From Candidatus Aenigmatarchaeota archaeon (lineage in GTDB: Archaea; Aenigmatarchaeota; Aenigmatarchaeia; QMZP01; QMZT01): DNA of 64,000 nucleotides. The stretch lies in assembly GCA_963726265.1 (NCBI GenBank), contig CAVSBQ010000002.1, positions 1,041,252-1,105,251 of the forward strand, in the 5' to 3' direction. The notes beneath the pieces were generated by a model. The model was not told the origin of the DNA. It made no database searches and saw nothing but the letters and a program-made list of their open reading frames with translations. Below are positions 1 to 8,912 of this stretch, in pieces. How positions within the stretch are numbered: position 1 is the first letter of the stretch; the number at the start of each line of letters is the position of its first letter. Position numbers and translations under genes: made by a program.

Positions 1-96
1 CGAGACGATTTTCCAGGCGAGGAAATAGCGGGCACCAGCCGCAGAAGATAGCTTTTTATAGTATGATTAAATAATACTTGGTATGAAGGTGGCGGC

Positions 97-939
97 ATGA
101 AAGAGAGAATAACGCTCACGATAGACAGGAAAATTCTGAACAGGCTCGACACGATGGTCGATGGCCTTGACGTCCGCAACCGTTCGCATGCGATAGAGCT
201 CGTGCTTTCGAAATACCTCAGCATGCGCGAGTTGAAGACCGCGCTGATTCTGTGCGGCGGCGAGGGCACGCGGCTGCGACCGATAACCTACGAGATTCCC
301 AAGACGCTCGTCCCCATACAGGGCAGGCCGCTCATAGAGCACATGTTCGACCTGCTCAGGAAATACGGCGTAAGCGACGTCATTCTCTCCGTAGGGTATC
401 TCAAGGAAAAGATAATCGCCAAGAAGGGCAACTGGTCGAACCTGGGCATGGACATCTCCTTCGTCGAGGAGTCGCTTCCCCTGGGCACGGGCGGGCCGCT
501 CAGGCTCGCGAAGGAGCGGCTTAACAAGACGTTCATCGTTTCGAATGGCGACGAGCTCATGGACATCAACATAGCGCAGATGTACGAGGCGCACAAGAGG
601 AACAGGGCGCTGGTCACCATCGCCCTGACGACGATAGAGGACCCGACCCAGTACGGAGTCGCGCGCCTCGAGGGCGGCAAGATAATCGAGTTCGTCGAGA
701 AGCCAAGCAAAGGCAGGGCGCCCTCGAACCTCATAAACGCCGGCTTCTACATAATGGAGCCGGAGGTCGTCGAGATGATACCCAAAGGCGCATGCTCGCT
801 AGAGAACGAGATCTTTCCCAAGCTCGCGAAGATGGGCAGGCTGTTCGGCTTCCCGTTCGCCGGCCAGTGGTTCGACGCGGGCACGCTGGAGCGCTACGAC
901 AAGGCGCTGAAGGGCTGGAAGGGCGTCAGGACGGATTAA
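97..939 (+). CDS. NDP-sugar pyrophosphorylase (NTP_transferase family) with N-terminal ribbon-helix-helix domain
   Basis: ALILCGGEGTRLRPITYEIPKTL and EESLPLGTGG/NGD/VEKP motifs; N-terminal MKERITLTID...NRSHAIE resembles CopG/RHH. Confidence 0.9.
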   Translation: MKERITLTIDRKILNRLDTMVDGLDVRNRSHAIELVLSKYLSMRELKTALILCGGEGTRLRPITYEIPKTLVPIQGRPLIEHMFDLLRKYGVSDVILSVGYLKEKIIAKKGNWSNLGMDISFVEESLPLGTGGPLRLAKERLNKTFIVSNGDELMDINIAQMYEAHKRNRALVTIALTTIEDPTQYGVARLEGGKIIEFVEKPSKGRAPSNLINAGFYIMEPEVVEMIPKGACSLENEIFPKLAKMGRLFGFPFAGQWFDAGTLERYDKALKGWKGVRTD

Positions 940-960
940 AAAACAGTCTATAACCATATC

Positions 961-1326
961 TTATTTGCTATATTTTTCAATTTCCTCTTCGACAAGTTTT
1001 AAACGATTTTTTGCAATTCTGAGATGCCTTTTAAAATTATCCATAAGTTCGATTGCACGTTTCTCTCCAAAGTCATGTTGCTTTAGCAGGTCAATGGCGG
1101 TCGTGCAGCTTTCGATATAATGAAGAGCATATATTTCACAATCATCTATTTCATCTTCAACATAGCATTTTTTACTCACTGTTAATTTTCCCGAAGATAT
1201 CCATTTTATGTCTATGGTTATCTGGCCTGGCGGAGGGTTGCTTTCTAAGCGGGCTCTAAGTTCTTCGAACCTTCTTTCGAAATAACTCTTTACGACGTCC
1301 ATGTTGATGTTTCTGTATTTTTCCAT
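961..1326 (-). CDS. hypothetical protein (AT-rich orphan)
   Basis: 121-aa ORF filling the gap, TATA-like TTTAAA shortly upstream. Confidence 0.65.
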   Translation of the reverse strand: MEKYRNINMDVVKSYFERRFEELRARLESNPPPGQITIDIKWISSGKLTVSKKCYVEDEIDDCEIYALHYIESCTTAIDLLKQHDFGEKRAIELMDNFKRHLRIAKNRLKLVEEEIEKYSK

Positions 1327-1489
1327 AAAGCAGATTTGGAGCTAAAATTTAAATATACTACTTTTAAGTAGAATATGATTAAAACTCATAATTTCAAAAC
1401 CCAGAATCGAAAAGAGGCACATATTTAAACCAATATCATTATATATAAGGAATATAATACGGATGACAGCGTGATTTCAGAGTGATATT

Positions 1490-2014
1490 ATGGGCATAAG
1501 ACCTGCGAAGTGCTACAGGAAGCTTGAGAGGCCGAATACGCGAATCTCGATATCCAAGCCGAAGAAAGGGTATGTGAAAGGTGTTCCGCCGTCGAAGATA
1601 CACAGGTTCGACGCGGGCGTCAACAAGCCCGAGTTCACGTTGAGCATGTTCCTTGTCGCCAAGAACGCGGTCCAGATCAGGAGCAACGCGCTTGAGGCCA
1701 TGAGGCTGGCTGCTTCCAAGACGATGGAAAAGCCGCTCGGGCCGGACGGCTATTTCGTCAGGCTGCTCATTTTCCCGCACCACGTCCTCAGGGAGAATCC
1801 TCTAGCGACGGGAGCAGGAGCGGACAGGTTCCAGACGGGCATGCGCCAATCGTTTGGCAGGCCCATAGGGACCGCGGCGCGCATAACGAAAAACCAGCGG
1901 ATTCTCGAGGCGAGGATTGCGCCGGCGAACGAAATGGCATGCAGGAAGGCGCTGAAAGTCGCTTCTTCGAAGGTGCCTAGTCCATGCTACGTAGTCCGGG
2001 TAGAAAGGAAATAA
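1490..2014 (+). CDS. rpl10e: 50S ribosomal protein uL16 (L10e)
   Basis: RPAKCYR, ALEAMR, HVLRENPLATGAGADRFQTGMRQSFGRPIG. Confidence 0.97.
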   Translation: MGIRPAKCYRKLERPNTRISISKPKKGYVKGVPPSKIHRFDAGVNKPEFTLSMFLVAKNAVQIRSNALEAMRLAASKTMEKPLGPDGYFVRLLIFPHHVLRENPLATGAGADRFQTGMRQSFGRPIGTAARITKNQRILEARIAPANEMACRKALKVASSKVPSPCYVVRVERK

Positions 2015-2044
2015 AAATAAAAAAGGGAAACGTTACCGTTTCCC
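2013..2044 (-). terminator. hairpin plus U-tract between convergent genes
   Basis: GGGAAACG-TTAC-CGTTTCCC 8-bp stem (2025-2044), followed on the minus strand by a T-rich run. Confidence 0.6.
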
Positions 2045-2064
2045 CGTTCAACGCTTTTTCTAAC

Positions 2065-2328
2065 CTATCTTATTAGGCCAGCAAACACTGCCCAAAGCAC
2101 CCCGACCAATAAGAAGAGCCACCCGAGAAATTCGAACAGGTATAAACCGTAGATTCCGACTCCTCCTGCCAGTGCGAGGAAGCTAGCGTTGAACGCCAAC
2201 GCCAACAAGAAGAAAATCCCCGCGGCTGCGATAAAGTTAAACTGTCTCTCTGCTTTAGTGCGGATTTTTGCGTATTCTGCGAATACTGGTGCGAGCAATG
2301 TCGCAATGGCGAACCATACGTCTACCAT
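2065..2328 (-). CDS. small membrane protein, 3 predicted TM helices
   Basis: hydrophobic 87-aa ORF, GGGGTG SD-like site upstream. Confidence 0.75.
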   Translation of the reverse strand: MVDVWFAIATLLAPVFAEYAKIRTKAERQFNFIAAAGIFFLLALAFNASFLALAGGVGIYGLYLFEFLGWLFLLVGVLWAVFAGLIR

Positions 2329-2416
2329 ATTGACACCCCTTAATTAAATATTTGCCGCCGACCCCCATATAAATGTTAGCCCGGGCCCAAAGCGGCCCTG
2401 GGCCGGCCGGAACGGC

Positions 2417-3235
2417 TCAGAAATATACTTCTATGCCCGCGGCGATAGCGATGAACATCGCCCCAAGGAGGATTATCTTGAGCGAGTCGAAGAATATGAT
2501 CTTCAGTATTTCGGAGCTCCTGCATCTCAATATCGCCGCGGATATGAGGCTGCCCGCGAGGCCTGCGCAGAGGTAGCCCACGACCTCGGGTATGCCGTGC
2601 GGCAGGAAGGTGAGCGAGACTATGGGTATCTCGTAAACCGTCTTGGAGAGCTCGCCTATGCACACGCCCAGTATCGAGGCGTTCCAGACGATTATGAAGA
2701 CCGCGCCGGCGCTGAACAGCAGAGCGAATATGAAGGCGAATATCATGACCTCGAGGTTGTTCGAAAGGACTGCCATGAAGGACGTAAACGTCCCCTTGGT
2801 TATGCTGCCCGTTATGCTCCCCGAAACGGCGGAGCGTATGTCGAGTATCTTCACCAGCTGCACCTGGAAGAAGTCCTCGGGCAGGACGAAAGACCAGACG
2901 GCGAAGGCCGCGGTCACGCCGAGGAAGTAGAACAGGAACATCAGGATATCCTTCTCATGGCGCCTGAAGAAGTCCTTCTGGTAATGTCGCCTGCATTCTT
3001 CTTCCTCGATTTCCTCCTCCTTGTTCACGACCACGGTGAGGAAATAGACGGACGGGATTATGGTGAAGATGACGGCGAACATGCCGGTGAGGTTGAACGA
3101 GACGTTGGAGATGGTCACCTTGTAGAAGAGCTGCGTCGAAAGCAGGATGCCGACGGTCGAAATAAGCAGCGCCCAGATGAACGTCAGGTAAGGCGATTTG
3201 TCGACCTCCCTGAAGTCGAGGATGGATTCGAGCAT
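2417..3235 (-). CDS. SpoIIM (DUF95)-like membrane protein
   Basis: multi-TM; LSNN, WNASILG and LPHGIPE motifs. Confidence 0.85.
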   Translation of the reverse strand: MLESILDFREVDKSPYLTFIWALLISTVGILLSTQLFYKVTISNVSFNLTGMFAVIFTIIPSVYFLTVVVNKEEEIEEEECRRHYQKDFFRRHEKDILMFLFYFLGVTAAFAVWSFVLPEDFFQVQLVKILDIRSAVSGSITGSITKGTFTSFMAVLSNNLEVMIFAFIFALLFSAGAVFIIVWNASILGVCIGELSKTVYEIPIVSLTFLPHGIPEVVGYLCAGLAGSLISAAILRCRSSEILKIIFFDSLKIILLGAMFIAIAAGIEVYF

Positions 3236-3335
3236 ATTAATTTATTGTCGGCGGGCTCTTTTATATCCCAGCCGGCTGGCTGCATCCCCCGGCTTTCTCA
3301 AAGTGTTTTAAGCCGGGAAGGACCAATTATAAAAC

Positions 3336-4040
3336 ATGAAGTTCGGTTCTCTGAGCCTCAAGATTCACGGCAAACCAAAGAACCCGGAAACGAATCCGGA
3401 AACCCCGGCGAAGACCGAGGGCAAGAAGAGAAAGCCCAAGAAATACGTCGAGGACATAAGGTCGGTTGCCGACATATTCAAGGAGCTGAAGGCGGAAAAA
3501 GCGAAGGAGAGGTTCGCAGTCCTGTGCGTGGGCAACGACATGAAGGGCGACGACGGGGTGGGCTTTTACGCCGGCGACCTGCTGAGCAGGGAGCTTGGCA
3601 AGGACGCGGATTTCATGGTGCTCAGGACGTCCGTCCCGGAAAACCACGTCAGGGAGATAAGGGACTTCGTCCCCACGCTGCTCATAATAATCGACTGCGC
3701 GGACTTCGGGAAAAGGCCGGGCAGCATCAGGGTCATAAAGGAATACCAGATAAGCGACACGTTCATCTCGACCCACACGACCCCGCTCACGCTTTTTCTG
3801 CGCCTCTACCAGGCAGACGAGCCTGTCAGGAAAGCGGTCATCCTGATAGGCATACAGAAGAAGAGCAACGAGTTCGGCCAGCCCATGAGCGCGCCGGTGA
3901 AGAAGGCCGGGAAAAGGGTCGCGGATACGATAATAACGCTATACGGTGATGGCCTGCTGGGCATTTCGCTCGAGAAGGAGATCGCCTATCTCTCGAACCC
4001 CATCAGGAATTTCCTCAGGTTTTTCAGAAGGAAAAAATGA
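3336..4040 (+). CDS. hycI: hydrogenase maturation endopeptidase (HycI-type)
   Basis: VGNDMKGDDGVG, IIDCADFG, STHTTPL; lies next to hydrogenase genes. Confidence 0.9.
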   Translation: MKFGSLSLKIHGKPKNPETNPETPAKTEGKKRKPKKYVEDIRSVADIFKELKAEKAKERFAVLCVGNDMKGDDGVGFYAGDLLSRELGKDADFMVLRTSVPENHVREIRDFVPTLLIIIDCADFGKRPGSIRVIKEYQISDTFISTHTTPLTLFLRLYQADEPVRKAVILIGIQKKSNEFGQPMSAPVKKAGKRVADTIITLYGDGLLGISLEKEIAYLSNPIRNFLRFFRRKK

Positions 4041-4062
4041 AGGCAGAAAACAGAAAAATGGA

Positions 4063-4401
4063 TTATTTTTTGTGATGCTCGGCGAACTTATGCCTGTCAT
4101 GCGCGGCGAGCTCGAACCTGTCCGAGTTGTTCACTGACTTCGGCTTTGTGGGGCACACGTCATGGCAGCGTCCGCAGAAGATGCACTTGCCTATGTCTAT
4201 GGACCAGCTCTCCTCCACCTTGTTTATCGCTATCGCGTTGGTCGGGCAGCTTATGGCGCAGAGCATGCAGAAGGTGCACGTTTCCCTGTTCCATTCGACC
4301 TTGCCGCGGAAGCCTGGCGGAAGCAGCGGTCGCGTCTTGGGATAGCGCCTCGTCGACGGTCTCGAAAAAAGCCTTTTCACAGCCTCAGGCATCAGCTTCA
4401 T
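4063..4401 (-). CDS. 2x[4Fe-4S] ferredoxin subunit (NuoI/MbhN/EchF-like)
   Basis: two CxxCxxCxxxCP motifs; TRRYP...FRG N-terminus. Confidence 0.92.
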   Translation of the reverse strand: MKLMPEAVKRLFSRPSTRRYPKTRPLLPPGFRGKVEWNRETCTFCMLCAISCPTNAIAINKVEESWSIDIGKCIFCGRCHDVCPTKPKSVNNSDRFELAAHDRHKFAEHHKK

Positions 4402-4434
4402 TACATCACCACGTTTCCGATATCATTCCAGCAC

Positions 4435-5346
4435 TCAATACATTCCTATCATCACGCGCACCAGGTCTATCAGCGCGAGCGGCGCGATCACGAACCAGTA
4501 AAGCCTCAGTGCCTGCGCGATCCTCATCCTGGCGAAAATCACCCTGAAAAGCGCGAACAGCATGAGGATTGCGAACGAGTAGACGGCGAAAGACAAGACG
4601 CCGTCCGCGCCCATGAACATGACCGCCCCGAGCGATATGAGCACCCAGAAGCTCGCCGCCCTTGCCAGCTCGAACAGCGCGAGCCTCGGCCCGCTATACT
4701 CCGTCGTGGGGCCTGCGACTATCTCCTGCTCAGCATCCGGGATGTGGAACGGAGGAAGAGCAAGCTTGCCCAGCGCGCCGAGCATAAAGGCGGCGAAGGT
4801 GAACGGGAAGGCTAGCGCGGAAAACGGGGCTATCTGGAAACCGGTGAGCAGGCCTAGCGTGACCAGCGAGATTATGAACGGGAACTCGTAGGCGAAGAGC
4901 TGCGTCACCTCCCTTATGCTCCCGACGGATGCGAATGGGTTTCCTGCAGCGAAGCCCGAGATGGCGAAGAACGCGGACGCCGTGACGAGGAAGTATATCA
5001 CCACGAACAGGCTTCCCGGGAAAGTGACGAGCTGGAAGCCGACTATCGGTATGAACATCGCGACAGTGAGCATCGCCGCGAACGACACGATGGGACAAAG
5101 GGTGGCCAGCATGCCGACCGCGTCTTTGGTCGTGATGTTCTCCTTTGACATGAGCTTGAAGAAGTCGAGGAACGGCTGGCGGATTGGCGGCCCCACGCGG
5201 TGATGCATGCGCGCCGCGACCTTGCGCAGCACGCCCATGTAGAAAAATCCGATTATGAAAGCCGCAGCGAAACCGGGGAATACGAGGGTCTGGAAAAGAA
5301 TCTGCGCAAGCTGTCCGCTCGCGAACGTGAGCGCTTCAATGGCCAT
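4435..5346 (-). CDS. membrane subunit of energy-converting hydrogenase (NuoH/MbhM/EchB-like)
   Basis: RKVAARMHHRVGP, QPFLDFFKL, PFHIPDAEQEIVAGPTTEYSG. Confidence 0.93.
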   Translation of the reverse strand: MAIEALTFASGQLAQILFQTLVFPGFAAAFIIGFFYMGVLRKVAARMHHRVGPPIRQPFLDFFKLMSKENITTKDAVGMLATLCPIVSFAAMLTVAMFIPIVGFQLVTFPGSLFVVIYFLVTASAFFAISGFAAGNPFASVGSIREVTQLFAYEFPFIISLVTLGLLTGFQIAPFSALAFPFTFAAFMLGALGKLALPPFHIPDAEQEIVAGPTTEYSGPRLALFELARAASFWVLISLGAVMFMGADGVLSFAVYSFAILMLFALFRVIFARMRIAQALRLYWFVIAPLALIDLVRVMIGMY

Positions 5347-6517
5347 GATGACCTCCGCCTCTCATGTGCTGGATTTCGTGCTTTGTCATTATCCTTTCCT
5401 TGCGGGTTTTCTCGTCGACGACAGTCACCCTGTCCGTGCACGAAAGGCACGGGTCGAGCGACGCGATTATCACAGGAACGTCCGCTATCTCATACCCCTT
5501 CAGGACGTCGTCCAGGATGTGGAAGGTCTGGTAGGTGGGCGTGCGTATCTTGACCCTGTCCGGCTTTTCACCTGCCGACTTGAGATAATAAAAGAGTTCG
5601 CCCCTCGGCGCTTCCACGCGCGAAACGGTTTCGAGGCCTTCCTTAATATTTATCGCAGGCGGAAGTCTGAGTGTGATGTCGCCTTTCACTTTCTCCATCT
5701 GGTAAATAGAGTCGCGTATCATGCGCGAAGATTCCAGGCATTCCCTGAGGCGAAGGAGGCAGCGCTCCATGGCGTCGCCGCCCTGGCCAGTGACGGCCTT
5801 GAACTTCAGGTTTTTGTAGGCGAAGTAGCCAGTCTCCCTGACATCGTAATCAAGCCCTGACGCGCGCAGGTTCGGGCCGACCGGGCTCAGCTCCTTCGCT
5901 TTCCGCGTGGAAAGGTAGCCGACGTGGCGGGTCCTGTTCCTGACAGAGGAGTCGTCCCTGAAGACGCCGAGATAATGCCTTATCCTTTCGTCGAGTCTGT
6001 CCAGCGCTTTCAAAGTCTTCGCGGCGTTCTCGAGGCTTATGTCCTGCCTGACGCCGCCTATCACGTTCATCACGAAGTGGACGCGGTTGCCCGTGAGCAG
6101 TTCCTGGCAGTCCATGACCAGCTCGCGGTCGCGGAACATGTAGTGAAAAAGAGTGTCGAGACCCATCTCCCACGCGACGAGGCCGAGGCAGAGCATGTGC
6201 GAGTGCAGGCGCTCGAGCTCGCCGATTATGACGCGGATATATTGCGCGCGCTCCGGGATTTCGGCTCCCATCAGGCTCTCGATGCCCTGGCAGTAGCATG
6301 ACGTGTGGTAATGGCCGCAGATGCCGCACACGCGCTCGCTCAGGTAAACTCCTTTCGCCCAAGGACGCGCTTCGAACGACTTCTCGATGCCCTTGTGGTT
6401 GTATCCCAGGACGAGCTCCGAGCCGACGATTGTTTCCCCGTCGACCCGGAGCTTTATGTGCACCGGCTCTGCGAGCGCCGGGTGCTGCGGGCCGAAAGGC
6501 AGGACGTAATCGTGCAT
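5336..6517 (-). CDS. group 4 [NiFe]-hydrogenase large subunit
   Basis: GPQHP; L1 ERVCGIC; EAPRGE; L2 DPCLSCTDR followed by a cleavable C-terminal extension. Confidence 0.93.
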   Translation of the reverse strand: MHDYVLPFGPQHPALAEPVHIKLRVDGETIVGSELVLGYNHKGIEKSFEARPWAKGVYLSERVCGICGHYHTSCYCQGIESLMGAEIPERAQYIRVIIGELERLHSHMLCLGLVAWEMGLDTLFHYMFRDRELVMDCQELLTGNRVHFVMNVIGGVRQDISLENAAKTLKALDRLDERIRHYLGVFRDDSSVRNRTRHVGYLSTRKAKELSPVGPNLRASGLDYDVRETGYFAYKNLKFKAVTGQGGDAMERCLLRLRECLESSRMIRDSIYQMEKVKGDITLRLPPAINIKEGLETVSRVEAPRGELFYYLKSAGEKPDRVKIRTPTYQTFHILDDVLKGYEIADVPVIIASLDPCLSCTDRVTVVDEKTRKERIMTKHEIQHMRGGGHHGH

Positions 6518-6548
6518 ATAATTAATTCAACGCCTGATTATAAGTATT

Positions 6549-6644
6549 TTTTACAATTGCAAAAAAATGCGAGCAATCGTCAATTGTAAAATTGCAAATT
6601 TACAGATATGACAAATGCGAAAAATCAATTGTAAATTTACAATT
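6549..6644. promoter_or_regulatory. AT-rich inverted-repeat/palindrome array upstream of hydrogenase operon
   Basis: TTTTACAATTG (6549-6559) and CAATTGTAAAA (6581-6591) inverted pair; perfect 18-bp palindrome AATTGTAAATTTACAATT (6627-6644). Confidence 0.5.
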
Positions 6645-6717
6645 ATGAAAAATCAAGAAATATTAAGAAAGGTAAAAATAATAAAAAGGCTGAAAGGAAA
6701 ACCGGGAATGTCCTGTC

Positions 6718-7041
6718 TCACGCCACGTTCGAGCCGACCTCAGCGTCTGGGTCGACCGTGACCAGCTTGATGTCGTCGTTCTTGACGGCAGCGAGCAGCA
6801 TCCCTTCCGAGGTCACGCCTTTTATGGTCGCCGGCCTAAGGTTAGTGACAACGATTATCTTCTTGCCCGGCAGCTTTGCCTTCTTGTAGCTGTTTTTTAG
6901 CCCCGCCACCAGCGTTATCTGCCTGCCGCCGATGTCGACCTCAAGCTTGTATAAGTTGTCAGAGCCCGCGATGTCGTCCACCCTCAATATCTCCCCGACC
7001 TTCATCTCTATCTTCTCAAAATCCTTCATCTCTATGGCCAT
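6718..7041 (-). CDS. tRNA-binding OB-fold protein (Trbp111/CsaA/MetRS C-terminal domain)
   Basis: KVGEI...LYKLEVDIG...VTNLRPATIKGVTSEGMLLAA. Confidence 0.92.
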   Translation of the reverse strand: MAIEMKDFEKIEMKVGEILRVDDIAGSDNLYKLEVDIGGRQITLVAGLKNSYKKAKLPGKKIIVVTNLRPATIKGVTSEGMLLAAVKNDDIKLVTVDPDAEVGSNVA

Positions 7042-7090
7042 GATAATCACCTTATAATAGGTTTTTCGGTTCCTGCTTTAAATTGTTTGT

Positions 7091-8758
7091 TCACATGCGG
7101 TATTGTTTCAGTTTCTGGCCTATTACGGCTCCGCCCAGGTTTGAGTATTTGCTTGGAACGGATACGCAGGGCACTTCCACCCAGACGCCGTTCCCCTTTA
7201 CATACATCGTGGTAATCTCAGGTGAGAAGAGGGCACCGGCGTATTCGTTTTTCCAATGACCTCGCTGCGCCCATTCCCGTTCAACGGTGCTGCATTCTTT
7301 GATCGCCCCTACCGTTACCGCATGAACCGGGCGGCCGTTTTTTCCGGTTCCTATAATTCTTTCGTCAAATACATGGTTATGGCCTATCAGTGTCGCATAG
7401 AAGTCATTTTCCAGAAGCATTTCTGTTATTTCCGGCTGCTCCACGCTCGACGGGTTTACGCCATTCCTCTTGTAATCGTCTCTGGTGAAAAGCGGACCCA
7501 GGCCGTTCTCGAAGGGATTTCCATACGAATTCCAGCCACCGAGGACGTTATGCTGGCCGGCCATTTTAATCGGGGCTTCGCTTTTCTCGATGTCGCCTTT
7601 AAAACGCGTTTTCTGTGGTCCTCCAAGGCGGTTGTCCTGCGGCCTTAATGTGCCTGAATTTTTTATGACATCCAGAATGTATATCTCCATCTTTCCGTTG
7701 GCAAGTGGGACAACAAAATAATTCTCTCTCTGGGGCATGAAAGAGTCACCCATCGCCCGGCCCCAGATTTCTTCTCTTGCGCTGGTCACATAATTGTGGT
7801 AAGGATTCGATGCCATGTTCTCCCCGTCGTGGTTTCCGGAAGCATGCACAATTGGCACAAGAGGCGTAAGCACGCCCCAGTATCTCCTGTGCCTGCCCCA
7901 CAATTTTTTCGCGTTGCCAGAATAATCCTTTTCCGGAAGGACTTGGCGTTTGAATGCCCAGTCTTCAAAACCTATCTCATCGCCAAGCTGAACTATCAGA
8001 TCAGGATGTTTATTCTTTACTATGTATGCCTCGGTGTTGGCAACGTTAAAGGCGTTTGTGAGAAAAGTTATACGTCTAGCCTCTTCTTTGCTAGCGTTGC
8101 TATACCATTCCGGGTTTCTTATGGCCCGCAAGAAGAAATCAACTTCATAATCGCCTTTCAGTGCGCTTTCAGGCGAGGAGACACCTTTGCGTATGGGGTC
8201 AACCTCGTTTGGGGCATCCATGTAAACGTGCGTGTCGCTCAACCAGTGAATAATCGGGTTTGGGTTGTATGCTGAGTTTTTGAAGGCCCGCACAGGCGAG
8301 AGCGGCTTGCCGTCGCAAAAGACCTGGTAGAAGACCCTCTCCCCGAAATCATTCAGCGGCACCTTTATATTCAGGTTGCCTTCGACTCCGGCAAAGGTCC
8401 TAGCTTTGAGATTTGAGGGCGTTTTGCCCACGGCTATTCTTATGTCAGACCTTTCATTTGTCCTCACGTTGATGATGGCGGACAAAGTGCTGTAATCTCC
8501 GGCTTGAGCCCTTTCGATGCTGATTTTTTCCGTAAAAATTTTCCGGTTGGATGGCGAGACATACTCTCCATTTATTCCCCATCCTTCCGTCCATTCGGTG
8601 ATGTGGTCCTGGAGGTTCCATTCCCGGTCTTCGCCGCTGGTGAATGGCGTCTGTCCGAACAGATGTTCTCCGTACAGGGCGCCTAAAGCCACGGCGGCGC
8701 TTCCTTTAAGGAAATCCCTTCTTTTCATCGATGGTCCCTCACCTAACATTTTTGCCAC
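7091..8758 (-). CDS. secreted calcineurin-like metallophosphoesterase with twin-arginine signal
   Basis: KRRDFLK signal; SDTH, LGD, GNHDGE, GHNH motifs. Confidence 0.85.
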   Translation of the reverse strand: MAKMLGEGPSMKRRDFLKGSAAVALGALYGEHLFGQTPFTSGEDREWNLQDHITEWTEGWGINGEYVSPSNRKIFTEKISIERAQAGDYSTLSAIINVRTNERSDIRIAVGKTPSNLKARTFAGVEGNLNIKVPLNDFGERVFYQVFCDGKPLSPVRAFKNSAYNPNPIIHWLSDTHVYMDAPNEVDPIRKGVSSPESALKGDYEVDFFLRAIRNPEWYSNASKEEARRITFLTNAFNVANTEAYIVKNKHPDLIVQLGDEIGFEDWAFKRQVLPEKDYSGNAKKLWGRHRRYWGVLTPLVPIVHASGNHDGENMASNPYHNYVTSAREEIWGRAMGDSFMPQRENYFVVPLANGKMEIYILDVIKNSGTLRPQDNRLGGPQKTRFKGDIEKSEAPIKMAGQHNVLGGWNSYGNPFENGLGPLFTRDDYKRNGVNPSSVEQPEITEMLLENDFYATLIGHNHVFDERIIGTGKNGRPVHAVTVGAIKECSTVEREWAQRGHWKNEYAGALFSPEITTMYVKGNGVWVEVPCVSVPSKYSNLGGAVIGQKLKQYRM

Positions 8759-8912
8759 TTTATTATTACTTTGAAAACAGCCTTTTTAAAGGTAATATTG
8801 GCCATACGAGGCTGCGGAAAGGCTGAGACGCCTTGGATAAAAAGCCGCATGAAAAGCCATTTACAAGCCATTCACAAAACCATTTATTAAGCCCCTGCCG
8901 ACAATTATAATT

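Noticed and set aside
2597..3949. Long alternative-frame or antisense ORFs (also 10863-12320, 12780-13841, 41724-43049, 49244-50314)
   Set aside because: Shadow ORFs of GC-rich genuine genes, with biased composition and no motifs.
4063..6517. Respiratory complex I (nuoDHI) or sulfane reductase Mbs
   Set aside because: The large subunit keeps both CxxC nickel-binding motifs and a cleavable tail, and hycI is adjacent.
6520..6700. Replication origin
   Set aside because: AT-rich with repeats, but no ORB-like G-string boxes and no orc1/cdc6 gene in the window.
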